Source: Felis catus (Eukaryota). From it: a stretch of DNA of 64,000 nt. The notes below the pieces were generated by a model that saw only the letters and a list, made by a program, of their open reading frames with translations, made no database searches and was not told where the DNA came from. Within the stretch, counting starts at the first letter, position 1, and each line of letters begins with the position of its first letter. Positions 51,950 through 63,105 of this stretch are shown here, one piece after another. The stretch covers positions 54,438,001-54,502,000 of the forward strand of contig NC_058382.1 in the NCBI RefSeq assembly GCF_018350175.1. Reading direction: 5' to 3'. The position numbers were made by a program, and so were the translations under genes.

Positions 51950-52165
51950 AGCCGTGGGCTTCTGAGTTACACAGATCTTTGAACCCTGGCCCTGTTGCGT
52001 GACAGCTCTGTGACTGTGGGTGAGTAATTTCTTTGTGCCTCAGTTTTCTCCTTGAAACAAAATGGGATAATAACAACATCTACCTCACTGGGATGCTTTG
52101 GGGATAAAATACATACATCTAAAACTCCTAGCATTGTACCTGACATACAGCAGGCGAATAAGAGA
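51950..52165 (+). mobile_element. MIR
   Basis: 'ctttgtgcctcagttttctccttgaaacaaaatgggataataacaacatctacctca'. Confidence 0.75.
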
Positions 52166-52261
52166 TTTCAATTAGAAATACTAATGTAATAGGGACAAAA
52201 ATGATTGACATATGTGTGTTTGCAGCCTTTCTCCTTCTCCTATTCAAGAAAAGCTGGGGCT

Positions 52262-52485
52262 GGGGCACCTGGGTGGCTCAGTCAGTTAAGCGTCTGACTT
52301 CAGCTCAGGTCTGATCTCAGTGTTCGTGAGCTTGAGCCCCGCATCGGGCTCTGTGCTGATAGCTCAGAGCCTGGAGCCCACTTCAGATTCTGTGTCTCCC
52401 TCTCTCTCTCTGTGACCCTCTCCTGCTCACACTCTGTCTCTCTCTCTCTCTCTCAAAAGTAAATAAACATTAAAAAAAATTTTTA
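52262..52485 (+). mobile_element. CAN-SINE (SINEC)
   Basis: Perfect TSD aaaagctggggct. Confidence 0.95.
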
Positions 52486-52811
52486 AAAAGCTGGGGCTAC
52501 ATCAGTACCATTTCCCCCTTCTGCCCCTTCTCCCACGCTCCCCTCCACTTTGGGGTCTTACTGGGGACATCTGGCTCATTGGTGGGAGAAAAATGGGAGA
52601 AATGGGAAGGGGGATTTGCAGTGGAAAAGGCTAAACAGAACAAAAACAAGCAAATAATAAATGAGAGACAGACAGAGAAGCAGGCCTGAATAGTGAGGGT
52701 ATCTATGATGATTTCGAAGAGAGGAAAATAAGAAACAGGAGGAGAGACTCTGGAGCTGTTTGGATAGTGTGAGAGAGGGGGTAACGGAGATACACCAAGG
52801 GAAGAGAATGA

Positions 52812-53315
52812 ATTAGGTATCGACTGCTGTATAACCAGTTATCCCCAAAGGTGGCAGCTCTCAGCAATAAAGACGTATCATCTCGCAGTCTCTGTGGGCC
52901 AGGAACTTGGGAGACCGGCATTCTGGCTCAAGGCCTCCCGTGTGGGTGCAGTTACCATGTCACGCAGGGTGGACGTCACCTCAAGACCAGCTGGCTGGAA
53001 GACCCCCTGACGGCAGCCATGGCAGGAGGCCTCCGCCCCTCAGGGCAGGGCTCTCCAGAGGGCTGTGGGGTGTCTTCCCAATGTGGCAGCTGGCTTCCCC
53101 AGAGTGAGTGATCCAGGCGAGGGAACAGGGGGAAGCTGCAAGGCCTTTTGTGACCCAGCTTTGGAAATCCCCCAGGGTCCCTTCTCCTTATCTGTTCACT
53201 AGCAGTGAGTCACGAAGTCCAGCCCACACTCGTGGGGAAGGGAACTGGCCTCCATTTTTTGAACAGGGGTAGGGGGAAAACGTAGAAGAATTTGTGGACA
53301 TATTTTAAAACCACT
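52812..53315 (-). mobile_element. MLT1F-like MaLR LTR
   Basis: 'atctcgcagtctctgtgggccaggaa', 'ggcagctggcttccccagagtgagtgatcca', 'agaatttgtggacatattttaaaaccac'. Confidence 0.75.
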
Positions 53316-53763
53316 GAAAGGATTTAGGGGCGTGTCGCTGTGGACTGTGACTTTGAGTCCCTTGAATATTATTGGGGAACTGCATGAGAAACTTGGGAAT
53401 ATTTTTGCCTTGACCATAAAACTTTTTGTTGTTGCTTCACCACGACGTGGTCCGAGATTGGTCTGTATATTTCAGTATCATTTCCCTTGTGCCTGAATGA
53501 CACCCCTTAGCGTTTCTTGCAGTTCAGGTCTGCTGCAGGTGAGTTCTCTCAGCCTCTTTCTCGTTCTGGGACTCTAATTACACATGGAAAAGATGATTTG
53601 ATATTGTCCCCCAATTCCCTGAGGCTCAGTTCACTTTTTAAAATCTTTTCACTCTTTGTTCTTCAGACTAGGTCATTATTACTCATCTGCCTTCAAGTTC
53701 CCGGATCTTGTCTTCTGCTATCTCAAATCTGCTACTAAAGTCGGCTGTTATTTATTTCAGGGC

Positions 53764-53985
53764 TTTTTTTAAGTTGTTTTTTTTTTGGTTTTTTGTTTGT
53801 TTATTTGTTTTTTGGAGAGAGAGCAAGGAGGGGCAGAGAGAGAGAAAAAGAGAGAGAATCCCAAGCAGGCTCCACTCTGTCAGTGCAGAGCCTGACGCAG
53901 GGCTTGAACTCACAAACTGGGAGATCATGACCTGAGCTACAATCAAGAGTCAGACACTCAACCGACCGAGCCATCCAGACACCCC
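53764..53985 (-). mobile_element. CAN-SINE (older subtype)
   Basis: Reverse body; TSD tatt(t/c)atttcag. Confidence 0.92.
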
Positions 53986-54122
53986 TATTCATTTCAGTTT
54001 TTACTTTCATTTATAGAACCTCCATTTGTTCTTTTCTGTGGTCTTCATTTCTTTGCAGAGATTACTTCTTTACTCCTTTAACTCTCTGAATGCGTTTATA
54101 ACAGCTGCCTTAAAGCTTTCAT

Positions 54123-54215
54123 GTTTCTCCCATCCAAGTACTATCCAGGCCTGACGCTGCTTAGCTTCCGAGATCAGACGATACTGGGCGCGTCCGGGGT
54201 GGTATGGCCATAGAC
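54123..54215 (-). pseudogene. 5S rRNA retropseudogene, nt 1 to about 90, 3'-truncated, no poly-A tail
   Basis: Minus strand GTCTATGGCCATACCACCCCGGACGCGCCCAGTATCGTCTGATCTCGGAAGCTAAGCAGCGTCAGGCCTGGATAGTACTTGGATGGGAGA; about 9 mismatches in 90 nt against the recalled mammalian 5S; perfect TSD taaagctttcat at 54111-54122 and 54216-54227. Confidence 0.96.
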
Positions 54216-54640
54216 TAAAGCTTTCATTCTTCTAGGTCCAATATCTGGGCCATCTTGGGTTCAGTTGTTATTGGTTTTTCTTGACTAAACATCATGTTTT
54301 TCTGTTTGCTTGTATCCCTAGTGTCTCTTGATTGAACACTGGGCATTGTGATAAATATGGAATAGGGTATGTATGACTGTCTGCATATCTGGATTTTGTC
54401 ATCTTCTCCTCAGAGGTGTTGCTTCCGCAGCTCAGCTACCAGTGAGTCGTCTTGAACGGGCACAGGTTCAGTTTTATGATTTCTTAGTGCGGATCTGTGG
54501 AAAGCGGTGTTTCCCAAGCTCCTCCAGCTTGGGAGGACTTAACCAAGAGTGTGGCAAACTCTGCTTCTACTGCAAATCTTATCATGACTTTGTTTTGGGG
54601 GTTGCCTTAGGGGAGGTAAAAATGAGGTTTTACCTTAGGG

Positions 54641-54848
54641 CGGTGGTTCTCAACTGGGGTGATTCTGCCCAGAGGGGACACTTGACAACGTCTGGAGACA
54701 TTTTTGCCCGTCACAAGTTCGTGGTGCGGCACTACTGGATCTGGTAGGTGGAGGTCAGGATGCCAAATATCCTACAATGCACAGGACAGTCCCCCCACAA
54801 CAAAGAACTCTCTTGTCCAAAATGGCAATCGAACCAAGGTTGAGAAAT
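54641..54848 (+). mobile_element. MER20 (hAT-Charlie)
   Basis: 'ggtggttctcaactggggtgattctgcccagaggggacacttgacaacgtctggagacattttt...cctacaatgcacaggacag'. Confidence 0.9.
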
Positions 54849-55807
54849 GGAGCCCCCTCCTGTCCCATGGATTCTAGTCTCTTCAGTTGCCCCAAACTCT
54901 GATCTACGCCTCCTTCAGTCAGTGGGACCATTGTGTTCTGCCCAAATTCCAGTTCTTCATGCCACAGTAAGAATACTGTCCCCAAGCAGGGAGCTGAATG
55001 ATTACAGGACTCAATTCAAGATTCCCACCTCTCGGTGATCAGTCTTGCTGGCAAAGTTGCCCCACACAGTTCATCAGGTCTAGTTGTGTGTGGTGAGAGG
55101 GCTAATCCCTAGAGCTACTCCATGGTGGCTACAAACTGAAGTATAGCGTGTTTATCTTGGCCTTTCTAGTTCTAACTGAAACCTTACAGAAATTGGTGAA
55201 CCTGAAGAATTGTAAAAACACACACGAACCGTAAGTTTTCCCAACGAGCCACTCACCGAAGAAATTTCTAGTTCAGAGTCTCATTCAACAGACATGAATG
55301 GGGCCCTCTCATGGACAAGGTTCACTCAGTTTATCCATATAAACCTGAGGTATGCATTACCATTGCCATTGACATTTTATATGAAATAAACTTGCGTCAG
55401 GAAGTGCAATTTTCCTAAAGTTTAGGGGAGATAAAACAGATTCAGGGAACATATTGAAACACATCAGAACATGAATCGGTCTGATTCCAAGTCCAGTGTC
55501 TTTTCTTTCCTTTCCAGCATCCACAGCTGTTTTTCTGGGATCTATCCACCATCTCTCAGAGGAGATAAAATGGCCTCATAACGTGACTGGTTTTTCCCTT
55601 CTCACACCGATCTGTTCTCTGCTAATTTCATTCATACTTTCCTTTTCTGGCAAACCCTTATTTGGTGCTTGGCCTCTTTGTCCACATTTGTCCCGGGACA
55701 TATCTGAGGCTGAACACCTCTCTCTCAAGGATCCAGGAACTTACGTGGTCAAGAAAATGTTTTCCAATATTTACATCACACAATTTCATTTCCTCTGTTA
55801 AAATCTT

Positions 55808-56125
55808 TTTTTACTGTTTAATTTTAATTGATTTTTTGAGAGAGAGTGTGTGCGTGCACGTTCAAGTAGGGGAAGGGGCAAAGGGAGAGAGACAAAATCT
55901 TAAGCAGACTCCACAATGAGTGTGGAGCCCGATGTGGGGCTCGATACCACGATCCTGGGGTGATGACCTGAGCCAAAATCAAGAGGAACGCTCAGCCGAC
56001 TGAGCCACCAAGGCACATGAAGATTTTTTTTTTTTAAGTAATCTTTACACTGAACCTGGGGATCAAACTCACAACCCCAAGATCAAGAGTTGCATGCTCC
56101 ACCAACCGAGCCAGGTAGGCACCCC
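55808..56125 (-). mobile_element. Dimeric CAN-SINE (short monomer 56125-56024 plus full monomer 56018-55808)
   Basis: One TSD tcct(c/g)tgttaaaatctt (55791-55807, 56126-56142) brackets both monomers. Confidence 0.88.
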
Positions 56126-56143
56126 TCCTGTGTTAAAATCTTA

Positions 56144-56174
<31 letters not shown>

Positions 56175-56365
56175 CAAAAACCTCTCAATTGTTAACTAAG
56201 CAGTTATCCAACTTGGGTAAGAGAAAACTGAATGCTTCCTATAGAGAACCAGTGAATACTGATCTATTTATTCCTATTTTTATGAATCGGGAATGACTTT
56301 TTAGGTTGAAAACAGAACCACCTTATCTCTTTGCACTACAGAATCACAACAAAGAGTGACTATGT

Positions 56366-56382
56366 TGTAGTGGGTTGAATGG

Positions 56383-56446
<64 letters not shown>

Positions 56447-56838
56447 TAACCCCCAAAACCTGTGAGTGTGACTTTATTTGGGAAACTGGTCTTTGCAGGT
56501 GAAATTAAGGATTCTGAGATGAGATCACCCTGGGCATCCAGGTGGTCCTAAATTCAGTGACAAGTGTCCATATAGGATGCTGAAGAGGAGAGACACAGAA
56601 ACCCCAGGAGGAGACCACAGGAAGACGGAGGTTGAGATTGAAGCAATACCAATGGCCATGAGAAGCTGGAAGGGTCAAGGAAAAGAATCCCCTCTAGAGC
56701 CTTCAAGGGGAGCACGGCCCCACCCACACCTTGATTTCAGATCTCTGGGCTCCAGAACTGTGGGAGAATAAATTTTTGTTGTTTTAAGACCCCTAGTTTG
56801 TAGTAATATGCTACAGTGGACACAGGAAACTAATACAC
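56366..56838 (+). mobile_element. MLT1B-like MaLR LTR with internal A/(TA)n expansion
   Basis: 'tgtagtgggttgaatgg...ctaacccccaaaacctgtgagtgtgactttatttggg' and 'gggagaataaatttttgttgttttaag...ggaaactaataca'. Confidence 0.85.
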
Positions 56839-57739
56839 ATGTTCACATTAAAAGGCAATTTGACACATTAACCACCCTGGACTTTGCAAGATCTTTTCCA
56901 TTAATAGTTGGTTTCCTTCTTGTTTGTGGATTTCTTCAGTGGCTACTTCTTGCCAGTGCTGATGGCCAACCATCAGAGCAGGCTACAAACATTTAAGTCA
57001 AAATAGGAGAAAAAACTTAAAACTGAGAAATTAAGTAACAGTTAATTTTCCTGATTTGGAAGTGATTGCTGCATGCTTCTGCAGCAACCCAGGTGGTGCA
57101 GTTAGAATACTTTCAGCCACAAGACGATGGAAAACCCAAACCAAAGTGGCTTAACCTCAAGAACACTTACTGGTCACATTCTGGACCAGCAAACCTGGGA
57201 TGGACTTCAGTGCCCGGCTGGTAAAGTCGGCAGATGTAATCATCTCTCCACCCTGCCATTTACAGCACTGGTGACTTTTTAAAGCTGTTCCTCTCACTGC
57301 TGGAGGAAGGCTGTCACAGGTAATCAGGGCAACATGCTTCCTCCTTTAGGTCCAGGAAGAGAGTCAGAGAATGAGAGACAAAGACAGAGAGAGACGCTTT
57401 CTGTAGCTCTCTCCTTAGAGAAGGTACTTCCCAGAAGACTTCAGCAAAACACAAGCCCTCTTTTGAACCAATTGCTGATAAGAATGATGCGTCATCCTCA
57501 AACTAATGAGGCCCTACACCCTGAACTTGTTGAGGTAGGTTTGGCTTCCCCACGGCCTCCCCAGAATGCATTCAAATGGAGAGTAGTTACTTAAACAAAA
57601 TGGAGGTCTGTCAGGAAGGGCAAGGATTGAATGAGCTGATGGGCAGACATTGTATATAAACAACAGTGCAACAATCCCAATGTGCCAACCATCCCATCCA
57701 CCTTAAAATATAAAATACATCCATGGTTGAGGGCATCTG

Positions 57740-58320
57740 CATTCCCCTGCACAATCACATCCCTTCATCCTCCTTAGTTACCTGCTATTTTAAACTTGGG
57801 GCTTATCAGTGCTACGTATTTCGTTCTTACTATTCATCTATTCTTACTGTGTGTCTGTATGCCGAAGCCGGTTTCATTCTCTTGTGTGTCTTTAAACTTA
57901 ATATAAATGGGATGTGTATGTACTATTCTGCAACTTGCTTTTATTGTCCCAACACCAATTTGTGAGACACGTCCACATGGAATATATGAAGTTCTAGTTC
58001 ACACATTTTCACGGATGCATTCCAATGAATGGATTCATTAATCCTCCTGTCTGTGAACATTTAGGTTGACACTTTTTTCTTTACTACAAAGAAAGCTGCC
58101 GTGAACACTCTCAGCACATGCCTCTGTGCAGTCCTAGGAGGGTTTCTTTGGAGCACGTGACAGAAGGAACATCATCGAGTTATCAGGTACGTGTATCTTT
58201 AACTTTGGCTGTTCTCAATAGAAGCTGTACCAAATTATATCCCACCGGCTGCAAATGAGGATTCTGCCCCTCCACACCCTTGCCAACACATGCCGGACCC
58301 AACTTTAAAATCTGTTAGTC
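57740..58320 (-). mobile_element. Ancient L1ME-like fragment
   Basis: 'aacttaatataaatgggat', 'gaacatttaggttg', 'aagctgtaccaaattatatcccacc', 'cccttgccaacac'. Confidence 0.65.
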
Positions 58321-59073
58321 TTGTATATCTTCTTTAAATGGTCTGTTATTCTCACTAGTCTCCAAATTCCACTCGGGCAACCACTGTGGTTACCTCATTC
58401 ACTCGCAGACCCCCGACAATTCTTAGCACTTGGTAGACTTCACGACAAAGAGATGGGGCCGATGCTCAGTGTTTTTAGGGCAGGTTCCCAGCCTCATTGT
58501 TCTCTGCATAAATCCTTCATTATGCTGTTAACAGTAGGAAGGGAAGGTAGGCATGGTCCGGTTACTGGGAAAATCTTGCTATTAACTGAATCAGCACACA
58601 CATGGGATCCAGAGTGTGGAGAAAAGATGTCTCTACCTTTGGCTTCAAGTTGCCTGTCAGTCAGGACTCTGCCTCCCTTCTCTCCGTACCCCCCGGTGCT
58701 CTGGGTACCTAACCCCACCCTAGACACCTGGCCAGCATCTTCCTCAGCCTCTGGCTCGGGTTCAGTTGTTCAGGTCCATCTCGCTCACCCCTTAATGGCG
58801 ATGGGGGTTGAGAAATGGGTGGGTGAGCAGGAAAGAAGGGCTAAAGAAAAGGGAAGAAAAGCAGCCTTCCTGGTCCCACCTCGGTGGGGAGCATATGAAC
58901 ACATCAATTGCTGAGCTCATAAATGCACTTGGTTTTCTCTGTGCTTTTTCAAATACCTCCTTCTACTGTCCTAATTTAGTATGGGCCAAATTCCTAGAAA
59001 AAGGCAAGCGTGCACCACACCCAAGACAGTGGGGACCGCATCCAAACTTTTTGTTCCAAATCCAGCTTCCCTG

Positions 59074-59263
59074 CAGTGGTTCTCATCCAGGGGCAGCAGC
59101 GCCCTCTGGAGGCACATGGAAAATGCGTGGTGGCATTTTTAGCCGTCTCCCTGCTTGGGAATTTAGTTAGTGGTCACGGCCAACAATGCCCACAATGAAC
59201 AGGTCAGACCCGCACGGTGAGGAACTGTCTAGCCTAAAATGCCAATACTGCCCCCCACTGAAA
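59074..59263 (+). mobile_element. MER20B-like hAT MITE carrying a CTCF motif
   Basis: 'cagtggttctcatccaggggcagcagcgccctctggaggcacatggaaaatgcgtggtggcatttt...cctaaaatgccaatactgcccc'. Confidence 0.75.
59097..59114 (-). promoter_or_regulatory. CTCF-binding motif
   Basis: Minus strand TGCCTCCAGAGGGCGCTG, strong core match with CpG retained. Confidence 0.65.
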
Positions 59264-59839
59264 TCGCCGTGGGCTCTGGGAGGCTGAGGGCGAGGCCTGT
59301 CATGTTCACAAGCATGTCCCCAGGGGAGTCCGGCACACAGCGGGGGCTCCATAAATGCTTGCCGAGCGAAAGAATTCGGGACTCCAGTATGCTGTAGCAC
59401 CAGCTCACAGAACCCAAGTGCCTGCTCCAAGCACACACTGGAAACCAGAGTGCTAACTCATCAGTCAGAAACAGACTAGGAATCTAAAGGGGAAATATCC
59501 TCTCTGCCAGAAAGTGCGTGAAATAATCTTCAGATGTGGGGAAGATTGTGTTCTCTGTCCCTGGAAAGCTATCACCTGGAATCCTGTCACTTCTCCCATT
59601 TAGAAATATGAGGGCGTTAAAGAGATACAGTCATAGGAAAAAAAAAAAAGCGTAAGTGTTCTGACATTACAAAGCAGCCAAAACCTTATGCACAACAATT
59701 TCCCCCCAACCCCACCACCATATGACAGTGACCATGAATGAACATCGCAAAGCAAAATTGGCCAAAGCAGTTGCTCCTGGGCCTTCAGGAGCAAGTGAAG
59801 GGAGTTCGCAAGCCCGTCCTACTGAAAGGAGAGAGCCTG

Positions 59840-60060
59840 ACTAAGCACTGGGCTCTAGATCAGAAGGCAAGGGTTCCATCCTCAGTTGTGACGCCCAGTA
59901 GCTGGGTAAGTTGCCGAACTTCTCCAAGCCTCGGTCCCCTCATCCATAGAATGGGAACGACGATACCTACCCTATAGGGTAACATGAGGGTTAAGTGATA
60001 CAGTGTCAGTAAAGCAGGAAGCACAGTGCCTGGCACTTAAAACACACATTATCATTACTA
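59840..60060 (+). mobile_element. MIR
   Basis: 'ctccaagcctcggtcccctcatccatagaatgggaacgacgatacctacc...gcacagtgcctggcac'. Confidence 0.75.
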
Positions 60061-61079
60061 ATTCTTTGAAAAGCAACCCCAAATAGCCAGTAATAAAGCC
60101 ACTGACTGCCTTGCGGAATAAAATAGACACTCAGCCATTTAACCCAAGGACATGAGCAGACCAACAGAACATCCTGTTCTTAAAAGACGTAGATGAAGTA
60201 ATTTTATTCTGCCTCCAAGTCCTTTTGTTCCCTGGTTGACCAACAGTGCTGCGATTCACATTAAATTATAATTGTGTTTCTATATCCCTCTGGTGATAAA
60301 TATTTCACTATTGGGCCTCTTTTGGAAGAAAGAAAAACAAAAAGAAGGTCTTCGAGCCAACTTATTCCTCATTCAACCTTTACATTTTTCTTCCCCCATC
60401 CTCCACCTTCTCTCCACTGGGTCCCATTGCTGGCATTTTGCTGTACGAAGGAGTGGATTTGTGCTTTATTCCAATAACTTTGAACACTGATAATAATGAA
60501 AACATTTGGCATCTGTTTTCTGTTGAAATGTGAAAGCTTCAGAGCAATATTTACAAAGCCTACTTCCCCAACCGCGGCTCTCAGATCTGATTAAGTAACA
60601 CTCAAACATGACATTCCAAATCAGAGTAACAAGCTGTTCTTGGGCTGTGTCAGGGCCAATCCTTTATATTTTCAAATTTATGAGTATGCTACGAGAAACA
60701 TCACTTACCCAGCTGATCCAACAAATATGCTCTCTCCTCTCGTTCACATGCAATAGTTTAGATCTTCCTGACTCAAATCCCAGTCAGAGTCCCCTTCCAC
60801 ACGTTTTAGGGACTGGCTATGATGTGGGGGATGTCTCAATAGTGGTGGTGCATGAGTTGGGGCATATTCATACGTTGACTGATCTTTTCGTGAAGATGCT
60901 CTGGCATAAACAGATCAAGGTAGCAGCAGGGAAGGCTATATATATTTCTTTAATCAAACTCAAGTCCCTATACAGAAAGCTGAGAAAATTCTCCCTGGGA
61001 GAGTATGTGGGCAGGCAGCAACTCTCACACATCCAACTACACAGATTTAAAGCAAACCCACTACCGTTAACTATTACTA

Positions 61080-61553
61080 TGTGGAGTAGGCTGAATAATG
61101 GCCCCCAAAGAGATCAGGTCCCAATACCTGAGACCTATAAATGTTACATTATTTGGAAAAGGGGTCTTTGTGGATGATTAAGGATCTCAAGATGGGAAGA
61201 TTATCCTGGATTATCTGGTGGGCCCTAAATGCCATCACAAGAGTCCTTCTAAGGAGGAGGCAGAGGGAAATCAAACAGAAGAGGAGAAAGCCATGTGGCC
61301 ACTGCGGCAGAGATTGGAGTGACGGAGCCACCAGCCAAAGAATGCCAGCAGCCACCAGAAGCTTACAGAGGCAAGGAATGGGTTTTCCCCAAGAGCTTCA
61401 GGTGGGAACACAGTCCTGCCAACACCATGATTTCAGCTCAATGGAACCAATTTTGGAATTCTGGCCTTCCCAAGTGAGAGAATAAATTTCTGTTGTTTTA
61501 AGCCACTATGTCTGTGGCATTTTGTTACAGTGGCCACAGGATAATAATATACT
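61080..61553 (+). mobile_element. MLT1D-like MaLR solo LTR
   Basis: 'taggctgaataatggcccccaaaga...gattatcctggattatctggtgggccctaaatg...gagagaataaatttctgttgttttaagccact'. Confidence 0.88.
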
Positions 61554-61807
61554 AGAAAAATAAAAAGCAAATCATAACAGAGTCAAAATTTAACACTGGC
61601 AAAAACCTAACCCAGTCCTCCCTCTGTCCCATCTTACAGACCAGGAATGTAAGCAGAGAAGAGGCCAAGTGCTGTGGTAAATCCACACAGAATGGGAGGT
61701 GAAGCCAGGACCAGGTTTCTGAGTGTCACAGCTCCCTTCAAAGAAGAGAAGTCGCACCTTTGGCCTGCTCGGGGGGGGTGCCCTTTGAACCTTCTCAGAA
61801 TGTTTCC

Positions 61808-62027
61808 AGCACTGTCCAATATCGTCCACTATGGCAGCCACTAGCCACCTGTAGCTATTTAAATTTAAATTCATTAAAATGAAATGAAATTTAACATCCA
61901 GTCCCTCAGGCACACAAGCCACATTTCATGACCCCTACACACACATGTGGCTAGTGGCTGCTGAATTACACAGGACAGGCAAACATTTCCATCATTTAGA
62001 GGAAGTTTACTGGACTGGACAGTGCTA
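61808..62027 (-). mobile_element. MER3 (hAT-Charlie)
   Basis: 'cagcactgtccaata...gccactagccac...atttaaatttaaatt...catgtggctagtggct...catttccatcat...tggacagtgct'. Confidence 0.85.
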
Positions 62028-62870
62028 GACCAGGCACACAGAACGCCCTGCCAACTTCTCACCAAACTTAAAAACACCATGTCTGTTTGTTCCTCTTGCA
62101 TTTCCAACACCTAGTACACTGGCTGGCCTGCCTTGGGGAGTCCCATAAGGACTTCTATGAAGGTGCAGAGTGACACCAGGAATTGTGACCCCTCACACCC
62201 TCTCCTCACTGAGAAGGGCTTTCTTGTCTCCTTTGAGGGGCACTGCAATATATGGCAAGGACCGCACCTCAGGCAGCTTCCTTGTCCAAGCCCAAGAGCA
62301 GCATTGGGAGGCCAAGAATAAGACAAAGGGGGTAGACTGTGTCAGACCCTCCCAAGGCCTGGCTAATGTCCCAGGAGAGTCTAGAGGCCATTCGGGAGCT
62401 GCTCCTAATTTCTATACCAACAGAAGTATGACACACTGTCTCTAGAAAACACCAATGAATACTTGCACGGCCCTTCATAGTTCAAAAGCAATGCCCTGGT
62501 CTCCTTTGATCCATACAACTGGGGAAGCAGAGACCTCCTTTCAATAGTGAGAAAACTGAGATGCAAAGAGATTAACAAGAGACGGCTTGCCAAAGATACA
62601 TAAAGAAGCCAACATCCCAGCAAAAAATCCTGACTCTAAACTTGCCTTGCGTACCATCTCATCTTCCTTTTTCCCCTAAGACGTGGAGATGGGTCCTAGG
62701 CCTTCTTGAGAGCACAGGCGGGGGCCCACTCACCTGTGTAGCTCACCCGTGATACCTAAGCAGGGTCTTCCTCAAGCAATCAAATAATGCCTATGCTTGG
62801 TTTTCACATCTCACTCTCTTCCCCAGGTAGAAGAAGACAAGTCAAGTCCAAGGGGGAAATGAGTCAAGTA

Positions 62871-63105
62871 CAGTAAAACCTTGGATTGTGAGTCACTTGT
62901 TCTGCGAGTGTTCCGCAAGACGAGCAAACACTTCTAATAAATTTTAACCTGATAAACGGGCGACGTCTTGCAACATGAGTAGCACGTGACACCGAACGTC
63001 ACATGATCACAACTGAGCCAACGGTTTTTGAAATTTACTTTGGTATACAAGTGCGGTGGATTACAAGCATGTTTCTGGAACGAGTTATGCTTGCAAACCA
63101 AGGTT
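62871..63105. mobile_element. TA-flanked Tc1/mariner (Tigger/pogo-like) non-autonomous MITE, right TIR clipped
   Basis: TA|CAGTAAAACCTTGGATTG left end; right end CAAACCAAGGTT is an 11/12 inverted match but lacks the terminal TTACTG; internal CpGs retained. Confidence 0.75.

Larger units (their letters stand above)
53480..54420 (-). mobile_element. Old L1M 5'/ORF1-region fragment (host of SINE and 5S copy)
   Basis: T-rich antisense L1 text such as 'tcttctgctatctcaaatctgctactaaa', 'tttataacagctgccttaaag', 'tccaatatctgggccatcttggg'. Confidence 0.6.

Noticed and set aside
1751..53946. Recurrent short ORFs sharing 'AQSVKRPTSAQVMIS...SLEPASDSVSPSLS', suggesting a peptide gene family
   Set aside because: They are translations of CAN-SINE bodies.
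54123..54215. Functional 5S rRNA gene
   Set aside because: Lacks the 3' quarter and terminator, carries multiple substitutions, is solitary and TSD-flanked.
58321..58914. Longest ORF in the window (197 aa)
   Set aside because: Starts at TTG, no recognisable domain or coding-like composition; compatible with chance in 64 kb.
60608..61177. 189-aa ORF containing VVVHELGH, resembling a zinc-metalloprotease HExxH motif
   Set aside because: No downstream GxxH or other protease context, alternative interpretation as chance, and the ORF's C-terminus runs into an MLT1 LTR.
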